Positions 40,927 through 51,240 are shown, counted from the stretch's first letter. The stretch: DNA of 64,000 nucleotides from Minisyncoccia bacterium (GCA_044341565.1 JBIIRM010000003.1:45187-109186), one strand, 5' to 3'. Notes: a model not told the origin generated them from the letters alone. Made by a program: numbers and translations.

Positions 40927-41009
40927 GCTGGTGTGGTGGAATGGTAGACACGAAGGACTCAAAATCCTTTGGAGGCAACTCCGTAACGGTTCAAGTCCGT
41001 TCACCAGCA
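40927..41009 (+). tRNA. tRNA-Leu(CAA)
   Basis: Cloverleaf GCTGGTG/CACCAGC, loop CT-CAA-AA, long variable arm; TTGACA-18-TATAAT upstream. Confidence 0.95.
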
Positions 41010-41010
41010 C

Positions 41011-41218
41011 AATATTATAAAACCGCCTTGAAGGCGGTTTTATAATATTGTTGACTGGATCTGATATAAGTAATAGTCCGTTTGGACTATTACTCTAGGA
41101 CTTGAAAGTCGGAGCGATGTGTGAGTTTGGGCATAAGCCCAAGGCGAACACCGCGAGACGGGGTAGCGAGAATTTTTCGTCAGAAAAATTACTTGTGATC
41201 AAGTCCGTTCACCAGCAC
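41011..41218 (+). mobile_element. tRNA 3'-end-associated mini element with 20-bp direct repeat
   Basis: TCAAGTCCGTTCACCAGCAC at 40991-41010 and 41199-41218; internal hairpins. Confidence 0.65.
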
Positions 41219-41260
41219 TAAATAAAAAACTCCCAATTCTTTGGGAGTTTTTTATTTACT

Positions 41261-43654
41261 CTATTGTGCTCGGCTCCCATCAGTATTAAGACGAGCTATA
41301 TATTGCGCCGCTACTCCTTGATATTGAGTAAAACTTCCTCCTACTACAAATTTACCATCATTTTGTGTTATTATACTATACACCATCTGATCAAATCCCG
41401 TGCCTATACTAAAACTATAGTCCCTACTCCCATTACTATTTAGTCGTATAATATAATTAGCTCCTACTCCTTGATATGTACCAAAATCTCCCCCTATTAT
41501 TAATTTCCCATCACTCTGCTGTATAATACCTCTTACTGGAACAATCAAAAGATTATTAAAGCCTGTACCTATAGCAAAAGTATTATCTGGAGACCCATCA
41601 CTGTTTAGTCGTATAATATAGTTAGCTCCTGCTCCCTGATAAGTAGTAAAAGTTCCACCCAATACTAATTTTCCATCGCTTTGCTGTATAACCGCGTATG
41701 GTACATTATTAAATCCCGTACCTATATTAAAAGTATTATCTTGAGATCCATTACTATTTAACCGTGTTATTCTATTTGTAGACACACCCTGATACGTACT
41801 AAATGACCCTCCAATAATAATTTTCCCATCACTTTGTTGGTAAACCTTGTTTACCGTACCATTAAATCCTGTACCTATATTAAAACTCGTATCTATACTC
41901 CCATCAGCATTTAACCTTATGATTCCATTTGCTGATACTCCTTGATAAGTGGTAAAAAAGCCACCTATAACTATTTTCCCATCACTTTGTTGTATAATGC
42001 TCATTACGCTACTATTAAATCCTGTACCTATATTAAAAGTATTGTCTCTACTTCCATCACTATTTAGTCGTATAATATAATTGGCTGCCACTCCTTGATA
42101 AGTAGTGAAATCTCCCCCTAGTACTATTTTACCATCACTTTGTTGTATAATACTCGCAGGAGGATTATTAAACCCTACCCCTATATTAAAGCTACTGTCT
42201 CTTGTTCCATCATTATTTAAGCGTGTTATTTTATTAACTGACACCCCTTGATAAGTGGTAAAAAAGCCACCTATAACTAATTTCCCATCACTTTGTTGTA
42301 TTATACTCTGAGTAGAACTATTAAACCCAGTAAAACCTAGAGGTGGGGTTTGAATTCCTCTGTTGACACAACGGAAACCAATACGGCTATTAAAATCAGA
42401 GGGAATATACGACATATTGAGCGAAAAAACTCCTGTAAAGCTATGATCAGACAACTGGCTACCACGAATGAAACCGTAAATGGTATTATTTCCAGGAGTC
42501 CCATCACTCCATACTGCTCCCACATTCTGGCTAGTATCCCAACTTGTATTACTTGCTCTATAATCATCATAATTAAGGATTCCATTAGTGGTTAACAGAG
42601 TAAATGGTCTCCAACCACCAAATCCTGGACTTGCTGTTATTGTTGGTTGATCAGCTCCAGTTATAGTGTTATTAGTCCATTCCCATACATTTCCACTTAA
42701 GTCCCATATTACTGATCCATTGGATAAAGTATGTGTTCTTTTTTGTATACTAGGAGATATGTCCCCTGTCCCGCTATAGGGAGCTGTATCAATTCCTGCT
42801 ACTAATCCTAAGGCTGGAGTATTATCACTATGTCCTCTCCATAATCCTCCCGACCCTACTGTTCCACCTGTCCAATTACTTGGCTGAGCCTCTATATTAC
42901 GGGCTATTGTCATCCATTCTTTATTCGTAATAAGACTTCCTCCAGCATTAATACAATATGTAGCTGCCGTTATCTGGCTTATCTTTACTATTGGATAACC
43001 ACTTGCTACACTAGCTACAGCCCTACCATTAGCTGATGTAGTTGCGGTTATAGTATTGTCTATGGTATTTGCCCCTTCGTCGGGTGTAGTTAGTCCTACT
43101 GTAGGAGAGGCTATTGCTACTGCCTTAGCCTCATATTTCATCACACAAAAGTCCTCAGTATTATAAAGACTATTTCCTGGGACTTTAATATATCCTGTTG
43201 GACACACAATATTGGTATAGATAGATTGTCCACGAGTAAAAATGGTATTATCAACTGAATTGACTCCACTAATGGTGAAGCGCCCTATATCATCGGTAAC
43301 AATAGAGAAACCACTTAAGACGGGATCAGTCCCATAAAAGGGTATGCTTTGAATATATGTAGGGACAAGAAAAGTAATATCAATACAACCTGCTCCAGGT
43401 GTCTTACAGATAGGAGTGGTGGAATTAGCAGTAAGGGCAGATATTTGTGGGTGATGAGATCCTGTCTTGAGAGCATATTGTTCTAATGCCTGATAAATAG
43501 TCAGGGCATCGGCTTTGCGTTCATTATCATTTGCTTCCGAAATAATTCTGCTGGGGTTTAGAGCATATAATACTGTGGCAAATAGAATAGCAAGAAGAGC
43601 AATGACGAGAAGTATCTCGAGTAGGGTAAAACCTTTTTTTGTAGTGTGTTTCAT
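41261..43654 (-). CDS. type IV prepilin fused to FGE-sulfatase/CLec-like domain and 7 delta-60 propeller repeats
   Basis: KKGFTLLEILLV; WDLSGNVWEW...GFRC; seven ~51-aa QQSDGK..GG.F..YQG..I.RLN.DG repeats. Confidence 0.88.
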   Translation of the reverse strand: MKHTTKKGFTLLEILLVIALLAILFATVLYALNPSRIISEANDNERKADALTIYQALEQYALKTGSHHPQISALTANSTTPICKTPGAGCIDITFLVPTYIQSIPFYGTDPVLSGFSIVTDDIGRFTISGVNSVDNTIFTRGQSIYTNIVCPTGYIKVPGNSLYNTEDFCVMKYEAKAVAIASPTVGLTTPDEGANTIDNTITATTSANGRAVASVASGYPIVKISQITAATYCINAGGSLITNKEWMTIARNIEAQPSNWTGGTVGSGGLWRGHSDNTPALGLVAGIDTAPYSGTGDISPSIQKRTHTLSNGSVIWDLSGNVWEWTNNTITGADQPTITASPGFGGWRPFTLLTTNGILNYDDYRASNTSWDTSQNVGAVWSDGTPGNNTIYGFIRGSQLSDHSFTGVFSLNMSYIPSDFNSRIGFRCVNRGIQTPPLGFTGFNSSTQSIIQQSDGKLVIGGFFTTYQGVSVNKITRLNNDGTRDSSFNIGVGFNNPPASIIQQSDGKIVLGGDFTTYQGVAANYIIRLNSDGSRDNTFNIGTGFNSSVMSIIQQSDGKIVIGGFFTTYQGVSANGIIRLNADGSIDTSFNIGTGFNGTVNKVYQQSDGKIIIGGSFSTYQGVSTNRITRLNSNGSQDNTFNIGTGFNNVPYAVIQQSDGKLVLGGTFTTYQGAGANYIIRLNSDGSPDNTFAIGTGFNNLLIVPVRGIIQQSDGKLIIGGDFGTYQGVGANYIIRLNSNGSRDYSFSIGTGFDQMVYSIITQNDGKFVVGGSFTQYQGVAAQYIARLNTDGSRAQ

Positions 43655-43760
43655 AAGGATATATTTTATTTCTAGATTAAGTTTAGTATAGCATAAAACT
43701 ATTATTGAGTGTATAGTGACTTTATGCTATACTTATACACATAAATCATTAACATAATAT

Positions 43761-45083
43761 ATGTTGGATATACTATATATAAAAGCAAATCGAGATTTTA
43801 TTATTGAAGTTGCCAAAAATAAAAAGGTTGGTATAGATATCGATAAGCTATTGTCATTATATGAAGAGCGTCAAAATCTTTTGCAACAAATAGAGCAATT
43901 GCGGGCAGATAAAAATGTTATTGCTGAGCAAATGAAGCAAATAGCTATTTTATCAGGAGATGAAAAATCTAAATTAATTGAACAAGGGAAAAGTATTAAA
44001 GATACTCTTGCAAATTTGGAAACTCAATATGAGAAAATAGATAGTGAGTATCAAAACATTCTTTATCAGGTACCTAATATATATTCCGAGGATACCCCTA
44101 TTGGACTTACTGAAGATGAGAATCACGTTGTGAAACAGGTGGGGGAGAAGCCTAATTTTAACTTTACTCCTTTGGAGCATTGGCAATTGGGTAAAGATTT
44201 GAATCTTATTGATACTGAGAAATCAGCTGAAGTCTCAGGTTCACGATTTGCTTATATTAAAGGAGATTTAGTATTATTACAATTTGCTTTAATACAATGG
44301 GTATTATCGCTGTTACAAGATACTAATTTGATTGATTCTATAGCAAAACAGGCTGGTTTAGAGGTGTCCAATAAAGCCTATACTCCCGTATTGCCTCCTG
44401 TATTGATGAAGCCAGAAGTGATGAAGCGTATGGGGAGATTGGATCCTATTGATGATAGGTATCAGACTACAGAGGATGGATTAATGTTAGTGGGGAGCGC
44501 TGAGCATACTTTAGGACCAATACATATAGATGAGATATTAGATTATAAGCAATTACCACTTCGATATGTCGGGTATTCTACAGCTTTTCGGCGTGAGGCA
44601 GGAACCTATGGTAAGGATATGAAGGGAATATTGCGATTACATCAATTTGATAAAATTGAAATTGAGGTATTTAGTAATAAAGATAATGGATTTGTTGAGC
44701 AGGAATTGATTCTTGCCATACAAGAATATTTGATGAAACAATTGGAATTACCATATCAAGTGGTACTCAAATGTTCAGGAGATATGGGAACTCCCGATGT
44801 GAGAGCCTATGATATTGAGACTTGGTTACCTGGGCAAAATCAATATAGAGAAACCCACACCTCAGATTATATGGGAGATTTTCAAGCTCGAAGATTACAA
44901 ACTCGATATAAAGATAGCGATGGGCAAAAACATTTCATACATATGAATGATGCCACCGTATTTGCAATTGGCCGAATATTAATTGCTATTATGGAAAATT
45001 ATCAGCAGGCTGATGGAAGTATTCGTATTCCACAAATCCTACAATCATATATTCATAAAGATAGTATTACCAATACAAAATAA
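43761..45083 (+). CDS. serS: serine--tRNA ligase
   Basis: MLDI..I, FRREAG.YGKD..G..RLHQFDK.E. Confidence 0.95.
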   Translation: MLDILYIKANRDFIIEVAKNKKVGIDIDKLLSLYEERQNLLQQIEQLRADKNVIAEQMKQIAILSGDEKSKLIEQGKSIKDTLANLETQYEKIDSEYQNILYQVPNIYSEDTPIGLTEDENHVVKQVGEKPNFNFTPLEHWQLGKDLNLIDTEKSAEVSGSRFAYIKGDLVLLQFALIQWVLSLLQDTNLIDSIAKQAGLEVSNKAYTPVLPPVLMKPEVMKRMGRLDPIDDRYQTTEDGLMLVGSAEHTLGPIHIDEILDYKQLPLRYVGYSTAFRREAGTYGKDMKGILRLHQFDKIEIEVFSNKDNGFVEQELILAIQEYLMKQLELPYQVVLKCSGDMGTPDVRAYDIETWLPGQNQYRETHTSDYMGDFQARRLQTRYKDSDGQKHFIHMNDATVFAIGRILIAIMENYQQADGSIRIPQILQSYIHKDSITNTK

Positions 45084-45084
45084 T

Positions 45085-46320
45085 ATGTTAATCAGATTAA
45101 TAAAATCTTCTTGCTTAGTAATCGGGATCTTGTTGATTTTAGGTTTTCCTATATTTAGTTTTGCTCAAGATGACATAATCACTGAACCTAATATTTCAGA
45201 GTCTAATAATACTGTTACGGAAGACTTGGGTTCCCCAGAGGCTATATCCTATAATAAGCCAGATTCTTTTTATCGTGCAGAAGTACAAGGAGTTGAGAGT
45301 AAAGAAACAGAGATTTTAGGAAGAAAAGTAACTTCTCAAAATCTTACAATGAAAATTTTAGATAAAGATAAAAAAGGAGAAATTATCGTTGTAGATAATG
45401 GGGGAGGAGCTGATTTACAAGAAAGTCAAATATATAAAAAAGGAGATATATTAATTGTAGTTAAGACAAGAGTTGGGGGGGCTGATCAATATTATGTCCA
45501 AGATAGATATCGATTACCAGGACTATTTGGAATGATAGCAGTATTCTTAATTCTTACAATTGTTTTTGCTCGAAGGCAGGGGATAGGATCTATTATTGGA
45601 CTTATTGCAAGTGTAGGAATTCTGATTGGATATCTGGTCCCTGCATTACTCGGGGGTCAGAATCCTGTTTTAGTAACCTTTATAGCGAGTATAGCTATTA
45701 TTACTTTGACTTTATTTATTTCACATGGATTTAGAGTGAGAACCTTTATCTCCTTTGTTGCTATGAATATTACACTTGGACTTGCATATGGCATATCCGT
45801 AGTATTTGTGTATATGGCACATATGTTTGGAGTAGGGAATGAAGATACATTTTATCTTGCCTCTATTAGTAGTGTAGATCTTGACCTAAGAGGAATATTA
45901 TTAGCTGGGGTCATTATTGGTATGCTTGGAGTATTAGATGATGTTACTGTTGCTCAGGCAGCAACAATTGATGAGATAAAGCGGGCTAACCCTAAAACTC
46001 GATTCAAACAATTATATACAGCAGGTATGTCGGTTGGGCGAGATCATATTGCCTCATTAGTGAATACCCTAGCCTTAGCTTATGTGGGGTCTAGTTTACC
46101 ATTATTCTTATTACTTTATATTAATAGTGCCAATATACCAATTTGGGTAACATTAAACTCTGAATTTATTGCTCAAGAATTAATTCGTACAATGGCGGGT
46201 AGTATTGCAATTGTATTAGCCGTTCCGATTACGAGTTTGATAGCAGCTAAAGTATTCGATAATTATATACATAAACCAAGAGATAAACATGATATTGCTC
46301 ATCATGGGCATAGCCATTAA
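45085..46320 (+). CDS. YibE/F-family membrane protein
   Basis: IGMLGVLDDV...QA, VGRDHIAS.VNTL.LAY.G.SLP. Confidence 0.88.
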   Translation: MLIRLIKSSCLVIGILLILGFPIFSFAQDDIITEPNISESNNTVTEDLGSPEAISYNKPDSFYRAEVQGVESKETEILGRKVTSQNLTMKILDKDKKGEIIVVDNGGGADLQESQIYKKGDILIVVKTRVGGADQYYVQDRYRLPGLFGMIAVFLILTIVFARRQGIGSIIGLIASVGILIGYLVPALLGGQNPVLVTFIASIAIITLTLFISHGFRVRTFISFVAMNITLGLAYGISVVFVYMAHMFGVGNEDTFYLASISSVDLDLRGILLAGVIIGMLGVLDDVTVAQAATIDEIKRANPKTRFKQLYTAGMSVGRDHIASLVNTLALAYVGSSLPLFLLLYINSANIPIWVTLNSEFIAQELIRTMAGSIAIVLAVPITSLIAAKVFDNYIHKPRDKHDIAHHGHSH

Positions 46321-46381
46321 TTGATATATTCATAATTCTTATGATATACTATAAAAGAATTATAAAGATTAAGATATAGAT

Positions 46382-47038
46382 ATGAGCGATATAACAGAAA
46401 ATAATTTTATTGGAAAAGGAATACTTATTGTTACGGTATTAGTAGTGATAGGTGCTATTGTTTGGGGACTTAATACTCAAAGTTCAGGATCTCGTAATGT
46501 AAATGTAGAAGTTACAGATGAGGATACTTATCTTGGAAATAAAGATGCCAAAGTTACTCTAGTAGAATATTCTGATTTTCAATGTCCTGCATGTAAGGCT
46601 TATGAAGATATTGTGAAACAACTTCGGGATTCTTATAGTCCAGAGGATTTAAAATTTGTATATAGACATTTCCCACTTCGTAGTATTCACCCTAATGCTG
46701 ATATTGCCGCTCAAGCTGCCGAAGCTGCAGGTGAGGAGGGGAAATTCTGGGAAATGAAATCTCTCTTATTCGAAAAACAATCTGAATGGGAAAAGGAAAA
46801 AGATCCTAAGGGATTATTCGGAGCTTATGCAAAATCATTAGGAATAGATGTAGGTAAATTTGATGAGGATTTGAAAGCAGATGATGATTCAAAAGAGCGA
46901 GTAGAAAAAGATTATCAATCAGGAGTTGCTCTCGATATTGCCTCTACTCCGACCTTTATATTAAATGGAGTAATTATCAAAAACCCTCAAAGTCTAGATG
47001 AATTCAAATCTCTTATTGATGCTGAATTAAAAAAATAA
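46382..47038 (+). CDS. DsbA/BdbD-family oxidoreductase
   Basis: EYSDFQCPAC, RHFPL, STPTF. Confidence 0.9.
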   Translation: MSDITENNFIGKGILIVTVLVVIGAIVWGLNTQSSGSRNVNVEVTDEDTYLGNKDAKVTLVEYSDFQCPACKAYEDIVKQLRDSYSPEDLKFVYRHFPLRSIHPNADIAAQAAEAAGEEGKFWEMKSLLFEKQSEWEKEKDPKGLFGAYAKSLGIDVGKFDEDLKADDDSKERVEKDYQSGVALDIASTPTFILNGVIIKNPQSLDEFKSLIDAELKK

Positions 47039-47046
47039 TCCAGTCC

Positions 47047-47604
47047 ATGATAGCAAAGCCTGACTTTGAACATGTCGTATTAGTAACTGAGCTCGATGAA
47101 GTAATTGGAGTATCACCTAAATCTGAGGTACATACTCTTAATACCCCCCTTCATCGAGCTTTTTCTTTATTCCTATTTCGTCCGGAGGATAAACAATTCC
47201 TCATTCAACAAAGATGGCATGGGAAGAAAACATGGCCACTAGTTTGGTCTAATAGTTGTTGCGGACATCCGGAATTAGAGGAGTCTACTATTGATGCGGT
47301 GAGAAGACGCGCTCAATATGAACTTGGTATACAACATTTTGATATACTAGAAGAGGCAAGCCCTTATCGCTATACCTTTGAGCGAGATGGAGTAGTTGAA
47401 AATGAAATATGTCCTATTTATTTTGGTATTAGCTCAGATCCAATTAACCCTCATCCAGAAGAAGTAGAGGCTTATCGTTGGATTAGCTGGGATCAATTTG
47501 TGAGTGAGGCTTTCGCTGATGATAAAACATTCTCCGAATGGTGTCGTGAGGAATTACGACTATTAGAGCAAACACAAATATTTAAGGATTTTATGAAAAT
47601 GTAA
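47047..47604 (+). CDS. idi: isopentenyl-diphosphate delta-isomerase type 1
   Basis: LHRAFS.FLF, WSNSCCGHP, ENEICP. Confidence 0.92.
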   Translation: MIAKPDFEHVVLVTELDEVIGVSPKSEVHTLNTPLHRAFSLFLFRPEDKQFLIQQRWHGKKTWPLVWSNSCCGHPELEESTIDAVRRRAQYELGIQHFDILEEASPYRYTFERDGVVENEICPIYFGISSDPINPHPEEVEAYRWISWDQFVSEAFADDKTFSEWCREELRLLEQTQIFKDFMKM

Positions 47605-47697
47605 TATAATTATTATTTTTTGACATTATATAAATACAGGATATACTATAAATACATGCTGTTCGGCATGCCTGTCCCATTATCATGGGGAAATGAC

Positions 47698-47994
47698 ATG
47701 GCTCAGACTCAGTTTGGATTCTTAACTCGAGAAAGAGAAGAGGAAATTGTGGGGCGAGGAGTATTAGCTTTACAACCACAATTCCATTCTTTTTTTCCTC
47801 GTCGTGAACTTCGAGTTCGTGATTGGGAAAAATCAATTCAAATATTGAAGCAACAGATGTATCATTTTTTTCTCGGAGAAGGTATGAAGGCAAAGCATGC
47901 TGATAATCTTTCTACCCATATTCTTGAGTCCATTATCTCTCAGCTTGTACTTAAGGAATTTGCCCATATCATCAATCCCAATGAAAACATATAA
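47698..47994 (+). CDS. islet hypothetical protein (alternative starts at 47656/47668)
   Basis: TTGACA(47620)-16-TATACT; terminator at 48005-48042. Confidence 0.6.
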   Translation: MAQTQFGFLTREREEEIVGRGVLALQPQFHSFFPRRELRVRDWEKSIQILKQQMYHFFLGEGMKAKHADNLSTHILESIISQLVLKEFAHIINPNENI

Positions 47995-48097
47995 AGCTCT
48001 GTATATCCCGCCTTCTCTTATGTTGGCGGGAATTTTTTCTTTTGACCATATAAACATATTATGGTATATACACTATGTCCTCATTGGGTATTACCTT

Positions 48098-48415
48098 ATG
48101 TCATCATATCAATCATTCTCCTTGCCTCGGCGCTGGAAAATTGTTGTAGCCATATTGCTTTTACTATGGTTAGTACCGACAATATGGATGATTCCAATTC
48201 TGTTGGGTAATTCCTCATTAAAGCAAATTTTACCCGATGATATTTCACAAAAATATGAAGTATGAGCAAGGCGCACTTTCAACTTGGCTCCCAATCAATG
48301 TGAATTGGGAGGTATCAAACCTTATCTAGTGGATCATGCAATTGGCACATCTCAATCAATAATTCTCGTATGTGGTAAAAAACTTGACGCTAGAGTTGTC
48401 AGTACCTCTCCATAA
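48098..48415 (+). pseudogene. islet membrane-anchored protein with internal TGA at 48263
   Basis: TTGACC(48042)-17-TATATA; frame stays open 49 codons past the TGA and ends just before terminator 48430-48458. Confidence 0.5.
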
Positions 48416-48457
48416 TACTCTCATTGTATGAGCCATCTTTTGGGGTGGCTTTTTCTT

Positions 48458-49408
48458 TTATTCTATATGCTTTTCTTCTAATTGATGAATATAGCTATAG
48501 GCTGATAAGGCAGCTTTGACAGCGTCTCCGGCGGAGATATTATTTTGCTTATAAGCCTCATCAGTTATATCTCCCGCTGCAAATATTCCTGCTCGAGAAG
48601 TAGTAGCATATTTATGATCGAGTATAATTTCTCCAATTTGATTAGTATCAACCAGATGTTTGACTATATCTGAATTAGGTAGAGATCCAATTTCAATAAA
48701 TAATCCTGTAATATCAAGCTCACTAATCTCTTGTGTTTTGAGATTCTGATAATGAATTCCTGTCATTAATTTTTCTCCGAATATATCAGTAACTACCGTA
48801 TTATAAAGTATACCTTTGAAATTAGGATGTTTTTGAATTTTCTCAGCAGTTTGGGGGTCTCCTTTGAGCTCATCACTACGATTAAAGAGATATACTTCAC
48901 TGGCATAAGAGAGTAAATCGAGTACACTTTCGAGCCCAGCATTACCTCCTCCCACAACAGCAACTTTTTGCCCTTCAAAAAATGGAGCATCACACGTAGC
49001 ACAATAAGCTACTCCCTTAGCAGAGAACTCTGCTTCTCCTGGAATATCTAATTTGCGTCGATGTGCTCCCATACCAAGAATTAAGGTTTTGGTTTGAAAA
49101 GTTTTACCTCCTTCAGTTATTACTTCATATAGAGGATAAGGGGTTTCGCTGACTTGACTGATAGCAGATACTCGGTCTATTAGAGTCTCAAGTCCTGGCT
49201 GGGCTTTGATATGGGCTTCGAATTTTTGAGCTAAATCAAAGCCAGAAATTCTAATATCTCCAATCCAATTATCAATATCATTAGATACTACAGACTGTCC
49301 TCCAAAACTATCAGTAATCAAAATGGCTTTGAGTTGTTTACGGGCGGCATATATAGAGGCTGCTGTCCCTGTAGGACCTCCTCCAATAATAATAGTGTCA
49401 TAAATCAT
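48458..49408 (-). CDS. trxB: thioredoxin reductase / AhpF-like
   Basis: GGGPTG, YCATCD, GGGNAG, FAAGD. Confidence 0.9.
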   Translation of the reverse strand: MIYDTIIIGGGPTGTAASIYAARKQLKAILITDSFGGQSVVSNDIDNWIGDIRISGFDLAQKFEAHIKAQPGLETLIDRVSAISQVSETPYPLYEVITEGGKTFQTKTLILGMGAHRRKLDIPGEAEFSAKGVAYCATCDAPFFEGQKVAVVGGGNAGLESVLDLLSYASEVYLFNRSDELKGDPQTAEKIQKHPNFKGILYNTVVTDIFGEKLMTGIHYQNLKTQEISELDITGLFIEIGSLPNSDIVKHLVDTNQIGEIILDHKYATTSRAGIFAAGDITDEAYKQNNISAGDAVKAALSAYSYIHQLEEKHIE

Positions 49409-49491
49409 ATATACTTGCGTTTAATTTGAATATACTTTGATAATATAGGAATATTTGATATACTTATATCATAATAGAATAATAATATACT

Positions 49492-50238
49492 ATGCAAAAT
49501 AAATCAATTTTATTGGTGGTGGCTTCCATCTTACTTTCTGGTATGATGATTGCCTCAGCAATTATATTCAATGGGTCTCAGAATAGAGCAAATAGTAATA
49601 ATACGGCTACTAATGATTTACCACCAGTTGATAATAATGACCCAGTAGAGGCGCGCGATATTAATGTTGATATTTCTGATGATACTCCATATCTTGGAAA
49701 AAAATCAGAGGCCAAAATTGCAATTATAGAGTTTAGCGATTATGAATGTCCTTTTTGTAAAAAATTCCATGAAGGAGCAAGGCCTGATATAATTGACAAA
49801 TATGTAAATACTGGAAAAGCAATATTAGCTTGGAAAGATTATCCATTAGAATTCCATGATCCTCTTGCAACCAAGCAAGCGATAGCAGCTCAATGTGCAT
49901 ATGAACAAAAAGGAAATGAGGGATATTTTGCATATGCTGATTTGATATTCAATAAAACTGAAAGTGGTGGAGATGGAATGAAAGAAGAAGAATTAAATAT
50001 ATTAGCTAAAGGGATAGAGGGGCTTGATACTGCGAAATTTGATACTTGTCTGAAAGAAGAAAAAACTCTCAATAAAGTAAAAGCAGGCACAAAATTTGGT
50101 AATGATAATGGAATTACGGGAACTCCTGGATTTATTATTGGAAAATTAGAAAATGGTAAATTAGTTGGGGGTATTCGAATTGCAGGGGCTTTACCACTCG
50201 CAACATTCCAAGGATATCTTGATGACCTTTTGAAATAA
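49492..50238 (+). CDS. DsbA-family oxidoreductase
   Basis: EFSDYECPFC, GITGTPGF. Confidence 0.9.
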   Translation: MQNKSILLVVASILLSGMMIASAIIFNGSQNRANSNNTATNDLPPVDNNDPVEARDINVDISDDTPYLGKKSEAKIAIIEFSDYECPFCKKFHEGARPDIIDKYVNTGKAILAWKDYPLEFHDPLATKQAIAAQCAYEQKGNEGYFAYADLIFNKTESGGDGMKEEELNILAKGIEGLDTAKFDTCLKEEKTLNKVKAGTKFGNDNGITGTPGFIIGKLENGKLVGGIRIAGALPLATFQGYLDDLLK

Positions 50239-50270
50239 TATGCTATACTAATAATGTAAATTAATAATAA

Positions 50271-50522
50271 ATGATTATGAGTACTCCCAATATACAAATT
50301 TATTCAACTCCTACTTGTGGGTTTTGTAAACAAGCTAAAGAATTCTTAGCTGAGAATAATATTCCTTTTGTTGACTATAATGTAGCGGCTGATGCTGAAA
50401 AGCGAAATGAATTAGTTGAAAAAAGTGGTCAGCTTGGTGTCCCAGTTATTGATGTAGATGGTCAAATTCTCATCGGTTATGATAGAGCTACTTTAGCAAA
50501 ACTTGTAGGAATTGAGGCCTAA
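50271..50522 (+). CDS. glutaredoxin-like (NrdH/YruB)
   Basis: YSTPTCGFC, SGQLGVPV. Confidence 0.9.
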   Translation: MIMSTPNIQIYSTPTCGFCKQAKEFLAENNIPFVDYNVAADAEKRNELVEKSGQLGVPVIDVDGQILIGYDRATLAKLVGIEA

Positions 50523-50586
50523 ATCAATTCCAAACAAAAAAGACAGACTGTAAAATCTGTCTTTTTTGTTTTATGAAGAGAATAGA

Positions 50587-51108
50587 CTATAAAGTAGCCT
50601 CTCCTTCTTCCCATTCTACAGGACATAGACCTCCATTTTTTAGAGCTGAGAGAACTCTTACTGTCTCATCAATACTTCGCCCGACATTTAGGTCAGATAC
50701 TACTGCGTATCGTAATATTCCAAGAGGATCAATAATGAAAGTTCCACGAAGGGCAACTCCGCCATCATTATCTACAAGAATATTATAATCATCTGCAGTT
50801 TCTTTACGAAAATCTGAGAGAAGTGGAAATTCTAATTTTCCTAAATCTTTTTCTACCCAAGCTTTATGTGAATGTACGCTATCTACACTAGCTCCAAGTA
50901 CTTGAGCTCCAAGTTTATTGAATTCCTCAATTTGTTTGTTGAACCCTGTGATTTCAGTTGGACATACAAAGGTGAAATCAAGAGGGTAAAAGAATAGAAC
51001 TACCCATTTCCCAGATCCAGTGATATGGGATAATGAATATTCTGCAAATTTTCCATCTTGATATCCTTGTAAGGTGAAATCAGGGGCTGGTTGTCCTACT
51101 TTGATCAT
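50587..51108 (-). CDS. ahpC: 2-Cys peroxiredoxin
   Basis: FFYPLDFTFVCPTE, GLCP..W. Confidence 0.93.
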   Translation of the reverse strand: MIKVGQPAPDFTLQGYQDGKFAEYSLSHITGSGKWVVLFFYPLDFTFVCPTEITGFNKQIEEFNKLGAQVLGASVDSVHSHKAWVEKDLGKLEFPLLSDFRKETADDYNILVDNDGGVALRGTFIIDPLGILRYAVVSDLNVGRSIDETVRVLSALKNGGLCPVEWEEGEATL

Positions 51109-51240
51109 AATTATAGTATTTATTGAATATCTAGTATATATGAATATACCATGTGTAGTATATCATAAAATAGCCTATATTTGAACCTATCTACAATGAC
51201 ATCTAATTATGATATACTGGTATAAGAATAATACAATATT

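Noticed and set aside
41270-42335. ~153-bp tandem DNA repeats
   Set aside because: Fully explained by the in-frame delta-60 propeller repeats
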